This document shows positions 30,077-40,191 of a stretch of DNA of 64,000 bases, one piece after another. How positions within the stretch are numbered: position 1 is the stretch's first letter; each line of letters begins with the position of its first letter. The notes beneath the pieces are model-generated. The model had not been told where the DNA came from. It saw nothing but the letters and a program-made list of their open reading frames with translations, and searched no databases. The position numbers and the translations under genes are program-made. Source of the DNA: an uncultured bacterium (GTDB taxonomy: Bacteria; Auribacterota; Erginobacteria; Erginobacterales; Erginobacteraceae); assembly GCA_963822585.1 (NCBI GenBank), contig CAWGIE010000039.1:64001-128000 (forward strand), given 5' to 3'.

Positions 30077-30137
30077 TCGTAACACCCGTTGTTCGATATC
30101 ATAAGGTGAGACTTAAACGACCTCGGTTCTTTCAGCC

Positions 30138-30165
30138 TTGACAAAAGCTCAGAGAGCTGTAAATT
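30138..30165 (+). promoter_or_regulatory. Putative sigma70 promoter for the FadL-like gene
   Basis: TTGACA-N16-TAAATT. Confidence 0.4.
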
Positions 30166-30269
30166 GAACCTGTCTCCGGCCGGTGCGCAGTATGTCAATA
30201 AGACCTAATCAGGCCATGAGTTAGTTGTTATATACACCCTTTTCAACAACAGTCAAGGAGAACGTGCTG

Positions 30270-31598
30270 ATGAGAAAGCTTGCTGTGGTTAGCTTGTCTT
30301 TATCTATTCTGGGCCTCCTTTCCACCCTCGGCACTCCCGGCGCGCTGGCCTCCGGTTTTTCCCTGGTCGAGCAGAGTGGGAAAGGTCTGGGCGAAGCATT
30401 CGCCGGCGGCCGCACCGATAGTGAGGATCCCTCCAGCCTCTTCTACAACCCGTCCGCGATGGCGTTCATGACCGCGAACAGCATCGGCGTTTCCCTTTCC
30501 GCGATCGACGTCTCAACCAAGTTCAAGGATAATGGGTCGCGCACGGCAACCGGGCAGCCGCTCACCGGGAACGACGGCGGAGACGGGGGCACTCTCGGCC
30601 TGGTGCCCAATCTCTATTACGTTCAGAAGGTACGGGAGACCCTGAGCCTGGGCCTCGCCGTGAATGTCCCCTTCGGCCTGGCCACCAAATATGGCGATGA
30701 TTGGATGGGACGCTATCACGGGGTGGAATCTGATCTCAGCGTTATCGGGATCAGTCCCACAGTAGCGGTCCAGGTTCTCCCCGACCTTCTCTCTCTGGGA
30801 GGCAGCCTGAACATAGAATACGCCGACGCCAAACTCACCAACGCGATCGACTTTGGGACCATCCTGATGGGGGCCGGGACAACTCCACAGACGCTGGACG
30901 GTTTTGCCGATTTGACCGGCGATGACTGGGCCCTTGGTTATTCTCTGGGCCTCCTCTGCACCATCACCCCCGATACCCGGATCGGAATCAGTTACCGCTC
31001 GAAAGTAGACCACAAGCTTTCCGGGGATGTCGATTTCGATGTGCCGCCGGTCGCCCGGGCCATTCTCAATGCCGGAGGTCTCTCGAACTATTTCACCGAT
31101 ACCCATGCCACCGCCCGCCTGACGCTCCCGGAAACGATTGCCTGTGGGGTATTTCAACGGATCAGCAAATGTTTTGCCGTCATGGCGGATGTCAGCTGGA
31201 CACGGTGGAGCAGGTTCAAGGAGCTGACCGTCAATTTTGATTCCGGCCAGGCCCCTTCAACCACCGAAGAGAACTGGGAAGATACCATGTGCTATCGCCT
31301 GGGGATTAACTACTCCCCCGACGACCGGTGGATCATACGGGCCGGCACCGCCTATGATGAGAGCCCGGTCAAGACAGCCTATCGGACTCCCCGCGTCCCC
31401 GACAACGACCGCGTCTGGCTCACTCTGGGGGCAGGCTACCAGGTCACCGGGGACCTGCGGCTGGATCTCAGTTACGCCCATCTCTTTATCAGTGACGCCA
31501 AGAGCAATCTGCTGACCGAACCGGCACAGGGTTACCTGGTCGGGAAATACGATTCCACGATCAATATCTTCGCGCTGGAAGGGGTGCTGACGTTTTAA
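30270..31598 (+). CDS. fadL: OmpP1/FadL family outer membrane long-chain fatty acid transporter
   Basis: ASGFSLVEQS..GEAFAG, YNPSAM, PFGLAT, RTPRVPDNDR and a C-terminal Phe. Confidence 0.9.
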   Translation: MRKLAVVSLSLSILGLLSTLGTPGALASGFSLVEQSGKGLGEAFAGGRTDSEDPSSLFYNPSAMAFMTANSIGVSLSAIDVSTKFKDNGSRTATGQPLTGNDGGDGGTLGLVPNLYYVQKVRETLSLGLAVNVPFGLATKYGDDWMGRYHGVESDLSVIGISPTVAVQVLPDLLSLGGSLNIEYADAKLTNAIDFGTILMGAGTTPQTLDGFADLTGDDWALGYSLGLLCTITPDTRIGISYRSKVDHKLSGDVDFDVPPVARAILNAGGLSNYFTDTHATARLTLPETIACGVFQRISKCFAVMADVSWTRWSRFKELTVNFDSGQAPSTTEENWEDTMCYRLGINYSPDDRWIIRAGTAYDESPVKTAYRTPRVPDNDRVWLTLGAGYQVTGDLRLDLSYAHLFISDAKSNLLTEPAQGYLVGKYDSTINIFALEGVLTF

Positions 31599-31618
31599 TC
31601 TATCACCGCGCGAGCATC

Positions 31619-31654
31619 AAAGCCCCGCGCCCGAAAAGGCGCGGAGCTTTTTTT
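31619..31654 (+). terminator. Rho-independent terminator after fadL
   Basis: aaagccccgcgcc-cgaaaa-ggcgcggagc followed by T7. Confidence 0.75.
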
Positions 31655-31965
31655 CCAGGGTTATTATGACCAATAGCAGGTGACGAGGCGGGGAGATAAA
31701 AACCGAATGTCGAACGTTCAACGCTCAACCCTGCAAAGCAGGGCAAGCTTTCAATTTATCCGCCTTCGGCGGACGTCGAACGAAAAGAAGTCATCAGCCA
31801 AAATCACTTATCCTATTTAATCACATACGATCGTCTGTTCTTTAAAAAGGGGGGAGGCCGGGGAAATCGTCCTGTCCCGAAATCGTCCTGTCAAATCAAG
31901 GGGGTGAAGGGTGAGGGATAATTCGCGTAATTCGTAGTTCTATGATAATTTGCGTAATTCGCAGA

Positions 31966-32673
31966 TTAGAAGGACAGCCCCAAACTCACGTCAACCAGCA
32001 TGTCCTTCCCGAAATAGTATCTGCCTTGAACGGTGGTGATGGGGGGGATCCTGATCCGGAATCCGGCAAATGTTTTCCAGGTGTCCCGGGGTTCATAAAC
32101 ATTGGAGAAATTTCGCTCCGATGTTGAGTATTCGTGAGTGAGTCGGGCATCATTATACTCGAAGCCTACATAGGGATAGATAACCGAAATATCCACCCCC
32201 GCCTCACCCCCGATACGCCATTGCAGGAGATCCCCTTTTTCCGTGCCGTCATCGACTTTCCTTTTAGTGGCCAGATACGAGCATTCTCCTTCCAGGAACG
32301 ATTTGAATATCTTCCAGCGGAAGAGAAGGAAGTTCACTCCTCCCCCGTACTCGAACCCCCATTCGTCGTAATCGGTGGCGCCGAACTCGGGCCGGTCGAA
32401 GACCAGCCGTGAGTATCCCAGCCGGAGAAAGACCGTCCAGCGGTCGGTCAGACGTACCGAGGGGCGAAGAATAAGCCCCCAGTAATTCAAATCATACTCC
32501 ATATCACCGGATAAAAAGTTCCGGTTCTGATAATCGACACCGGTCGCGGCGCCGAAAATATTCCCCCGGACGGAAACGGAATTTACCGCGATCTGCTGCG
32601 CCCCCGCCGGCAATGAGCTCCAAAAGACCCCCATCAACATGCTGCTCAAAGTTAATACAATTAATTTTTTCAT
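31966..32673 (-). CDS. Outer membrane beta-barrel protein (hypothetical)
   Basis: Signal peptide, alternating aromatic/Gly beta strands and C-terminal LGLSF. Confidence 0.7.
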   Translation of the reverse strand: MKKLIVLTLSSMLMGVFWSSLPAGAQQIAVNSVSVRGNIFGAATGVDYQNRNFLSGDMEYDLNYWGLILRPSVRLTDRWTVFLRLGYSRLVFDRPEFGATDYDEWGFEYGGGVNFLLFRWKIFKSFLEGECSYLATKRKVDDGTEKGDLLQWRIGGEAGVDISVIYPYVGFEYNDARLTHEYSTSERNFSNVYEPRDTWKTFAGFRIRIPPITTVQGRYYFGKDMLVDVSLGLSF

Positions 32674-32742
32674 AGCTTCAGCAATCTATAACACGTATAC
32701 TTTCCTCACAATTTTACAAAGTAAAATTGTGAGGAAAGCAAA

Positions 32743-33135
32743 ATGCTGGAAAAAATATTCGGAAGCGGAGGTGCCTGGGGGCCGTTCATTCTCCGGCTGG
32801 GATTGGGGGCGTTTTCAATCAAGCACGGCGCTCAGAAACTGTTTGGGGCCTTTGATGGCCCGGGGTTGAATGAATTCAGCAAGATGGTTGCCGGGATGGG
32901 TCTCAAACCATCCGATATCTGGGCGATCGTGTTCGCGATCATCGAGTTCCTGGGCGGCATCTTCCTGGTATTCGGGATCCTGACCCGGGCATCGGCCCTC
33001 CTGATCGGCATCGTCTTGGTGATCATGATAGCGGGCGGCCTGATGCTGGTTGAGATCGAATACCAGGTTGTCCTGGTGGCCGTCGCCGTAGCCTTGCTGG
33101 TTACCGGCGGCGGCCGGGCTGCCTTAAAAGAGTAA
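32743..33135 (+). CDS. DoxX family membrane protein
   Basis: LRLGLG...HGAQKLFG and EFLGGIFLVFGILTR. Confidence 0.9.
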   Translation: MLEKIFGSGGAWGPFILRLGLGAFSIKHGAQKLFGAFDGPGLNEFSKMVAGMGLKPSDIWAIVFAIIEFLGGIFLVFGILTRASALLIGIVLVIMIAGGLMLVEIEYQVVLVAVAVALLVTGGGRAALKE

Positions 33136-33204
33136 GAAACCGCCCGATTGAGCGAGACTGCGTTCGGGAAGGTTCAGCCGCGGACCGGGCCTTCCGGATT
33201 CTAC

Positions 33205-33657
33205 TTAATATTTTTTCTCCAGGCGCCGTATCTTGCGTACCCGGCGAAGATGACGCCCTCCCTGAAATTCGCTCTTCAGCCAGGTCCTGACAATCCGGGC
33301 CACCTTCTGCTTTGAATACGGCCGGCCGGCCAAAACCAAAATGTTCGCGTTATCGTGTTCCACGCTCAGGCGCGCGGTCCGGACATCGTTAACCAGGGCG
33401 GCCAGCGCGCCGGGTATCTTATTGGCGGCGATGGCGGCGCCGATCCCCGTGCCGCACCCGATGATGCCCTTCCGGTTCCGTCCCCCGGTAACCGCGACCG
33501 CCACCTTCTCGGCGAAATCGGGGTAATCAACACTCTCCCTTCCGTACGTTCCGACATCCTCCACCGTATATCCCCCCTCTTGAAGGATCTTTTTGACATA
33601 TTCCTTCAGGCCGAAGGCCGCGTGGTCCGCCCCGACAACAATCACCGGTTTCTTCAT
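33205..33657 (-). CDS. rpiB: Ribose 5-phosphate isomerase B
   Basis: GADHAA, SVDYPD, CGTGIG..IAANKIPG and FQGGRHLRRV. Confidence 0.95.
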   Translation of the reverse strand: MKKPVIVVGADHAAFGLKEYVKKILQEGGYTVEDVGTYGRESVDYPDFAEKVAVAVTGGRNRKGIIGCGTGIGAAIAANKIPGALAALVNDVRTARLSVEHDNANILVLAGRPYSKQKVARIVRTWLKSEFQGGRHLRRVRKIRRLEKKY

Positions 33658-33727
33658 CTTGTACCTTCCCCCAGTCAATTCATTCTTACCTTTATAGAAG
33701 CGGGTTACCTTTAATTAAATAGATTAA

Positions 33728-33826
33728 AACCACGAAGAACACGAAGTTCACGAAGATTGAAAGAAAATATTATACCTCTTTCTATTTCCTCAATATCCTT
33801 CGTGTTCTTCGTGCCCTTCGTGGTTA
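33728..33826. repeat. Inverted pair of 9-bp tandem repeats (CACGAAG arm / CTTCGTG arm)
   Basis: aaccacgaagaacacgaagttcacgaag ... cttcgtgttcttcgtgcccttcgtggtt; a second copy lies at 50203-50447. Confidence 0.85.
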
Positions 33827-33836
33827 TTAATACATT

Positions 33837-34529
33837 TTACTCAACTGTGATACTCCGGCGGAGGGCGGCGATATTTTCCATTATATCGCCGTTAAAAACT
33901 GCGCTGCCGGCGATCAGTTCCGTGGCGCCGGATTGGACAACCAGGGGCGCAGTCTCAACCGTAATCCCTCCGTCCACGGCGATCCTGATATCCCGGTCTT
34001 CCCGATCGGCCAGTTTCCGCGCGTCCCGAATCTTCTCCTCGCTGCCGGGGATGAATGTCTGGCCCCCGAAGCCGGGCTCGACACTCATGATCAGTATGAG
34101 ATCGACCAGGGAGATAACCGGTTCTATTGCCGCCAGGGGTGTGGCCGGACGGACGGAAATCCCGGCCCGAAGGCCCAGGTTCTTGATTGTCCGGATCGCC
34201 GCCACGAAATCGGCATCTATCTCCTGATGAATGGTGATCTCGTTCGCGCCCGCCTCGGCAAAAGCGGCGATATAACGGGCCGGTTCTTCAATCATCAGGT
34301 GCGCGCCCAGATAAAGACCGGTTATCCGGCGAACGGCGCGGACCACGACCGGGCCGATGGTCAAGTTGGGGACGAAGTGGCCGTCCATGACATCGAGGTG
34401 CAACACCCGACAACCGGCGGCCTCAATCTGCCGGACGTCGTCTCGCAAACACGCGAAATCCGCGGAGAGGAGCGAGGGAGCGATCAGGACACCATCTCCG
34501 GCCAGTTCATCTCGTTTGAGCACTTTCAT
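33837..34529 (-). CDS. rpe: Ribulose-phosphate 3-epimerase
   Basis: IAPSLLSADF, HLDVMDGHFVPNLTIG, MSVEPGFGGQ and VDGGI. Confidence 0.97.
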   Translation of the reverse strand: MKVLKRDELAGDGVLIAPSLLSADFACLRDDVRQIEAAGCRVLHLDVMDGHFVPNLTIGPVVVRAVRRITGLYLGAHLMIEEPARYIAAFAEAGANEITIHQEIDADFVAAIRTIKNLGLRAGISVRPATPLAAIEPVISLVDLILIMSVEPGFGGQTFIPGSEEKIRDARKLADREDRDIRIAVDGGITVETAPLVVQSGATELIAGSAVFNGDIMENIAALRRSITVE

Positions 34530-34658
34530 ATCCGTATTTTCATCAGGTTGTATTCTATGGTTTTAGAATATACTGAGTTGCCGTCAAAAGGCATTGTTTT
34601 TTTAATTCCCCTTACCGGACCTCATTATCCTTGTCCCCGGGCGCTATGTACTATACTA

Positions 34659-34685
34659 TCTTATTTTTCCGGAGGGAAAATAAGA
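34659..34685 (+). promoter_or_regulatory. RBS-covering hairpin TCTTATTTTTCC-GGA-GGGAAAATAAGA
   Basis: 12-bp stem with one U-G pair; ATG at 34688. Confidence 0.6.
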
Positions 34686-34687
34686 AT

Positions 34688-36343
34688 ATGAACAATATAA
34701 CGGTAACCATCGATGGGGAGAAACAGGTTTATCCCCGGGGCGTCACGGTGGAGATCGTCCTGCAGAGAAACCGGGGCGTGCCTCCCTTCTTCTCGCTCGG
34801 TGCGGTCCTTCATAATCACCTTCTCGATCCTGATTACACGCTGAACGATGACTGCAGCCTGCGCCTCCTGACGTCCCGCGACCGGGAAGGTTTTGCCATT
34901 TACCGGCGAAGCGCGACCCTGATTCTGATCGAAGCCGTACACCGCCTCTTCCCTGACCGTCGGCTCTTTATCGGGCAGTCACTGGCCGATGGCTATTATT
35001 TCGACCTCGACGACGGCGCCCCCATTGACAGATCGGACATCGACCGCATCGGCGAAACCATTCAGGCGATCATCCGGGAAGATATCCCCTTCACGAAACA
35101 CCATCTCTCCTACGGTGAAGCCAGGAAATACTTTGAGAGCCGCGGCTTCTCGGACAAGATAACTCTCCTGAGTTTCTACCGCTCCCCGGAAATCAGCCTG
35201 GTCGGGTGCGGCAAAGCGCTGGAGTTCTATACCGGCCCCCTGGCCCCCTCGACCGGCCGCATCGCCATCCTCGCCCTGGAACCGTATGAAGACGGCTTCA
35301 TACTCCGCTTCCCCACCTGGGAGGAGCAGGCGGCCATTCCTCCCATGCGCCTGGAGAAGAAACTTTTCGCAATCTACCAGGAGTCACGGGCGTGGAACAG
35401 GATCCTTTCGGTGGAGAATGTCGGACAGCTGAACAACCTCTGTGTGACCGGAAAAATCCGGGAACTGATCATGGTCGCGGAGGCTTTGCACGCGAAAAAG
35501 ATCGCCGCCATCGCCGATGAGATTTCCCGGCGGGGTGAGTCGGTCAAGCTGAGCTTGATTGCCGGGCCCTCGGGATCCGGGAAGACGACATTTGCCAAAC
35601 GGTTAAGCATCCAGCTGCGGGTCAACGGACTTGATCCGGTGATCATCAGCATGGATAACTACTTTAAAGACCGGGAGGCGACACCACGGGATGCGAACGG
35701 TGAGCAGGATTTCGAATCACTGGAGGCCGTGGACCTGGATCTTTTCACCCGGCACCTGAGGGAGTTGATCGCGGGAAAAATGATCCAGGCCCCCCGTTAC
35801 GATTTCAAAAGAGGAACCAGGCGCGATGATTTCATCCCCATCCAATTGACGCCGGGTAAGATCCTGCTCATAGAAGGAATCCATTGTCTCAACGACCGGG
35901 TGACGTCGGCGGTCCCTCCCCGGAACAAGTTCCTCGTTTACATCAGCGCCCTCACCCAGCTCCGGCTCGATAACCACACCCGGATCTTCACCTCCGATAC
36001 CCGGCTTTTACGGAGGATCGTCCGGGACCGGATCTTCCGGGGGTGGTCCGCGCTCGACACCATCCGGAGGTGGCCCTCGGTCCGGCGCGGCGAGCGGATC
36101 AACATCTTCCCTTTTCAGGAAAACGCCGATGTCCTCTTCAATTCCGCCCTGGTCTATGAATACGCGGTCCTGAAGAATTACGCCGAGCTGGCGTTGCTGG
36201 ACACCACCCCTGAACATCCCGAATACGTGGAGGTCGAGAGACTGCTCTCTTTTCTCTCCTGGTTCGCCCCGATCTCGGAAAGGGACGTACCGTCCACATC
36301 GATCCTGCGGGAATTTATCGGCGACAGCTTCTTCGACTACTGA
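34688..36343 (+). CDS. Nucleoside (uridine) kinase fused to ThrRS N-terminal-like domains
   Basis: TGS/ThrRS-like N-terminus (IYRRSA..IGQSLADGYYFD), AGPSGSGKTT, IEGIHCLN and DTRLLRRIVRD. Confidence 0.9.
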   Translation: MNNITVTIDGEKQVYPRGVTVEIVLQRNRGVPPFFSLGAVLHNHLLDPDYTLNDDCSLRLLTSRDREGFAIYRRSATLILIEAVHRLFPDRRLFIGQSLADGYYFDLDDGAPIDRSDIDRIGETIQAIIREDIPFTKHHLSYGEARKYFESRGFSDKITLLSFYRSPEISLVGCGKALEFYTGPLAPSTGRIAILALEPYEDGFILRFPTWEEQAAIPPMRLEKKLFAIYQESRAWNRILSVENVGQLNNLCVTGKIRELIMVAEALHAKKIAAIADEISRRGESVKLSLIAGPSGSGKTTFAKRLSIQLRVNGLDPVIISMDNYFKDREATPRDANGEQDFESLEAVDLDLFTRHLRELIAGKMIQAPRYDFKRGTRRDDFIPIQLTPGKILLIEGIHCLNDRVTSAVPPRNKFLVYISALTQLRLDNHTRIFTSDTRLLRRIVRDRIFRGWSALDTIRRWPSVRRGERINIFPFQENADVLFNSALVYEYAVLKNYAELALLDTTPEHPEYVEVERLLSFLSWFAPISERDVPSTSILREFIGDSFFDY

Positions 36344-36365
36344 ACCTGCCCGGCCGGGATAGCCG

Positions 36366-37127
36366 TCAACTGATCGTGCCGTTTATATACTCGCGGGTCA
36401 GTTCCTGCCGGGGGTCGCGGAAAATCTCCTCGGCCGGCCCCCATTCCACCAGTTTTCCCAGGTAGAAAAAGAGAACAAAATCGGCCAGCCGTTTCGCCTG
36501 GCGCAGGATGTGGGTAACGACCACGATAGTGTAATCCTTCTTCAGATCCATGAACTTGCGTTCGATCCTCTGACTGGCCGCCGGATCAAGCGCTGAGGTC
36601 GGTTCATCGCCCAGGATGATCTCGGGCTCAACCGCCAGGCCCCGGGCCAGGCACAGACGCTGCTGCTGCCCGATCGAGAGCCGGCTGGCCGGCTCATGAA
36701 GACGGGCGCGGACTTCTTCCCAGAGACTGGATTCCCTCAGGTAATGTTCCACTATTGCATCCAGCCGGTTTCTCTTTCGAATGCCGTGAATCCGGGGGCC
36801 GTAGGCGACATTGTCATAAATCGACATCGGGAGCGGAGACGGCTTCTGGGAGAGCAAGCCCATTTTCCTCCGGATATGGGTGACTTCGGTTCCGGGGGCA
36901 TAAATATTTTCGCCGTCCAACAGGACCTCCCCGTTCACCCTCGTGTCCTCCACCAGATCCAGCATCCGGTTGAACGATTTCAGAAAAGTCGATTTCCCGC
37001 AGCCGGAGGGGCCGATAATAGCCGTTATCCTGTGCTCGGGGATATCGACCGTTATGTTTTTCAAGGCCTGTTCCTTCCCGTAAAAAACATTGAGATTCCG
37101 TACGCTGATGTGGGTCCTTGTTTCCAT
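36366..37127 (-). CDS. pstB: Phosphate ABC transporter ATP-binding protein
   Basis: GPSGCGKST, LSIGQQQRLCLAR and DEPTSALDP. Confidence 0.95.
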   Translation of the reverse strand: METRTHISVRNLNVFYGKEQALKNITVDIPEHRITAIIGPSGCGKSTFLKSFNRMLDLVEDTRVNGEVLLDGENIYAPGTEVTHIRRKMGLLSQKPSPLPMSIYDNVAYGPRIHGIRKRNRLDAIVEHYLRESSLWEEVRARLHEPASRLSIGQQQRLCLARGLAVEPEIILGDEPTSALDPAASQRIERKFMDLKKDYTIVVVTHILRQAKRLADFVLFFYLGKLVEWGPAEEIFRDPRQELTREYINGTIS

Positions 37128-37152
37128 CGCTCGCTCTCTTATATTTACCGGG

Positions 37153-38004
37153 TTATTTAATGATGTGGCGGGACATTCTCCGGCTCAGGAGGCGAACCAG
37201 GAGGCTGATAAAGAGAATGACGACCGTGAGTATAAAAGCCGACGCGTACGCCCGCTCCTGGACTTCCGGGAAGGGCGTGCCCAGTTGATAAAAAATGGCC
37301 AGAGGAAGCGTGGCCACCGGGCGCAGCAGTGAAACGGGGAGATGGTCGGTGAACCCGGCGGTGAAGATCACCGCGGCGGCATCCCCGATCCCCCGACCGA
37401 AGGCGATCAGAACCGCCGTGGCCAGGCCCGGGAGTGCCTGCCGTGCCACCACTCTGCAGGCGGTCTCCCAGCGGGTTGCTCCCAGGGCATAGGACGCTTC
37501 CAGCAGTTCCTCCGGAATCATCTTGATCACTTCGTCCATGGCCCGGCTCATGATGGGAAGAACGAGCAGGGCCACGGCGATAATCCCCCCCAGCAGAGAG
37601 GCCCGCAGCCCGAAAAAAATCATCACGGTGAACCCGAAGGCCCCGTACACAATCGAGGGGATCCCCCAGAGGACATCGAAACAGATCCGGGTAAAAGCGG
37701 CCAGACGGGAACCACGACGGCCGTAGACATTGAGATAAAGCACCACCGGCAGGCTGACGCTGAGAGCGAGAGCGGTGGCGCCTCCGGCCAGATAGAGGGA
37801 ACCGACGATGGCGTTCAGCACCCCTCCCTCTTTTCCCAGGTAGAAACCTCCCGCCGGGATCCGTGTGATCATATCCAGGTCCATGGCCGGGAGGCCCTTG
37901 ATGACAACCGTGCCCAGGATCAGGAAAAGGGTGGCCATTATAATCAGGGCCGCGGTGACCATCAGCACCTTCCCGATCATTTCTTCCAGCTTTCTCCTAT
38001 CCAT
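37153..38004 (-). CDS. pstA: Phosphate ABC transporter permease
   Basis: GIPSIVYG and EASYALGATRW motifs; operon context. Confidence 0.93.
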   Translation of the reverse strand: MDRRKLEEMIGKVLMVTAALIIMATLFLILGTVVIKGLPAMDLDMITRIPAGGFYLGKEGGVLNAIVGSLYLAGGATALALSVSLPVVLYLNVYGRRGSRLAAFTRICFDVLWGIPSIVYGAFGFTVMIFFGLRASLLGGIIAVALLVLPIMSRAMDEVIKMIPEELLEASYALGATRWETACRVVARQALPGLATAVLIAFGRGIGDAAAVIFTAGFTDHLPVSLLRPVATLPLAIFYQLGTPFPEVQERAYASAFILTVVILFISLLVRLLSRRMSRHIIK

Positions 38005-38005
38005 C

Positions 38006-38905
38006 TTATCGTACCCTCTTCTCCACTTTCATCAGAACAAAACGAGACAGCACATTAAAACCGACCACCACCAGGAACAGAATCAGTGAAGCCAGCATCA
38101 GAGCCGAGTCGTATAAGGGGATCGAGGCCATCTCCCCGTAATTATTGGCGATCAAGGCCGGCAGCGGATAGACCGGGTCGAAAAGAGAAGAGGGAATCCG
38201 GGCCACGTTTCCCGCTACCATGAGAACGGCCATCGTCTCTCCGAATGCCCGGGAAATACCCAGGACGACGGCCGCGATCAGCCCCGGCATAGCCTTGCGG
38301 ACGACAACGTATTTCACCGTCTGCCACCGGGTCGCTCCCAGGGCCAGGGAGGCCTCCCGGAGATTTCCCGGCACCGCCCGGAAGACTTCCAGTGAGACAT
38401 GGATAATGACCGGGAAGATCATGATCGCCAAGACAATGCCCCCGGCCAGGGCGCAGTAACCGGTGGAAAAAACCCCGAAGAAGGGAGCTATCCGGTCCTT
38501 GATCAGAGGGACGATCACCAGTATCCCCCAAATCCCGAAAACAACCGAAGGGATCCCCGCCAGCAGGTCGATCAGGGGCTTGGAGCCTTCCCGGATCAGG
38601 CGGGGCGCGTAATCGGCGAGATACGCCGCCGTCAACAGACAGAGAGGGACGGCGATCGCTACCGCCACGGCGGTGACTATCAATGTCCCCAGGATAAAAG
38701 GGTAGAAGCCGAACTCGCCCCGCAGGGGATGCCAGCTCCGGGAAAGGAGAAGTTCCGGGAGAGACTTCATCGCCAGGATCGGCCGGGAACGCTGGTAAAG
38801 CCCTCCGGCCATTAGAAAGACAATCAGACAGCACCCGACCGTCATGACCAGCAGGAGCCGACCGAGCCACGCATCCTTAAAAAGCCGTTTTCGGAGCACA
38901 TTCAC
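38006..38905 (-). CDS. pstC: Phosphate ABC transporter permease
   Basis: LAGIPSVVFG, EASLALGATRWQT and RAFGETMAV. Confidence 0.93.
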   Translation of the reverse strand: MNVLRKRLFKDAWLGRLLLVMTVGCCLIVFLMAGGLYQRSRPILAMKSLPELLLSRSWHPLRGEFGFYPFILGTLIVTAVAVAIAVPLCLLTAAYLADYAPRLIREGSKPLIDLLAGIPSVVFGIWGILVIVPLIKDRIAPFFGVFSTGYCALAGGIVLAIMIFPVIIHVSLEVFRAVPGNLREASLALGATRWQTVKYVVVRKAMPGLIAAVVLGISRAFGETMAVLMVAGNVARIPSSLFDPVYPLPALIANNYGEMASIPLYDSALMLASLILFLVVVGFNVLSRFVLMKVEKRVR

Positions 38906-39870
38906 CGTTCAAGCTTTTCCAGTTCTTCCCGCAGTTTCTCCCTGCTCAGATTGATATATCCCGACTCGGGGACATACTGCTGCCCGTCGGTCAGGACCCA
39001 TTGGATAAATTCCCGGACCACCGGCCGATCGGGTCTGCCCTGTGAAACGAAATGGAGTTCCCGCGCGGGCGGCGAGGGATATCTCCCGGCGGCGATCGCC
39101 CCCGTCAGCTCATCGCGGGTATGATAGAAATTTTCGTCAGGATCGAGGGACCCATTCCCGTTCAGGTCTATCGGCATCACCCGTAATCCAGCCACCTCCC
39201 TTCCGGTGGCGGCGTCATAGACGTAGTTAATGTTATTGAAGCCGATCCCCAGAACATCCTTGCGCACGGCTTCCGCCAGTCCCGGATCGCCGTAGACGCC
39301 GACATCGAGCAGATCCTCCTGATTTTTTCCCAGGAACCGGGCCCAGGTTTCGGCCGCCCCGCAGGCATCCGAGCGGGTATAGACATGAATGTCGGCCGGA
39401 AACGGATCGTTCACCACTTCGCCCCAGCTTTTGATCTTCCCCGTTATCCAGATCCCGGCGAACGTGTCCTTACCGCCGCCCCGGGAGAGAATTTTTTCCA
39501 AGACCGGGTTGTCGGCATTGACGGTCGGCACCACCGCGTCTTTCGTCACCGAGACCCACCAGGCACCCTTCTCTATTTCAGCCGGATAGATCTCCCGGGA
39601 GACCATCCCGATATCCACCGACCGGGAGAGGCAGTCAACCATCCCTTTGCCGGCCCCGCCGGCAGCCACATCGATAGTTACATCCGGATGGATCTTCTTG
39701 AACTCTTCCGCCCAGCGGACGACCATGGGGTAGAGCGCCCAGGCCCCTGAGAGGGTGATGATTCCCTGGAACGATTCCGGCTGAGTCTCCCCCGCGGCAG
39801 GTGCGACGACGCCGTGGAATATAGCGATGACCTGTACAACAACCCCGATAACAACCTTCATCCGTTTCAC
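38902..39870 (-). CDS. pstS: Phosphate ABC transporter substrate-binding protein
   Basis: SGAWALYP, GGAGKG and DIGMVSR motifs; first gene of the pst operon. Confidence 0.9.
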   Translation of the reverse strand: MKRMKVVIGVVVQVIAIFHGVVAPAAGETQPESFQGIITLSGAWALYPMVVRWAEEFKKIHPDVTIDVAAGGAGKGMVDCLSRSVDIGMVSREIYPAEIEKGAWWVSVTKDAVVPTVNADNPVLEKILSRGGGKDTFAGIWITGKIKSWGEVVNDPFPADIHVYTRSDACGAAETWARFLGKNQEDLLDVGVYGDPGLAEAVRKDVLGIGFNNINYVYDAATGREVAGLRVMPIDLNGNGSLDPDENFYHTRDELTGAIAAGRYPSPPARELHFVSQGRPDRPVVREFIQWVLTDGQQYVPESGYINLSREKLREELEKLER

Positions 39871-40012
39871 AACGCCTCCTTTTCCCGAAAAACGGGTTTT
39901 GCACGTCGCAAATCAGACCGGGTTACCTCCCGGCATGATCCGGTCAATTGTTCCGTTTACTCCTCATCTTTCCGGCAATCATCTTCAAATATACCCCCAT
40001 GATACTCTTTAG

Positions 40013-40045
40013 GGAGTGTTATAACACTCCTATGGTTACTGTCAA
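40013..40045 (-). promoter_or_regulatory. Putative pst promoter (TTGACA-N16-TATAAC) overlapped by the perfect 18-bp palindrome GGAGTGTTATAACACTCC
   Basis: -35 at 40045-40040, -10 at 40023-40018, palindrome at 40013-40030. Confidence 0.6.
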
Positions 40046-40191
40046 GCAGGAAAATAAAAAAATTGATCTCGGTATCCTCGGTCAAACAAGAGAATCAGGG
40101 ACAAATAGGTATTTTCCTCGCTCCTAAACCGGGTTATACTGTGAGCGGAGGCACGTTCCGGAAGACCCGAACCGCTATTGAAGAGGAAGCG

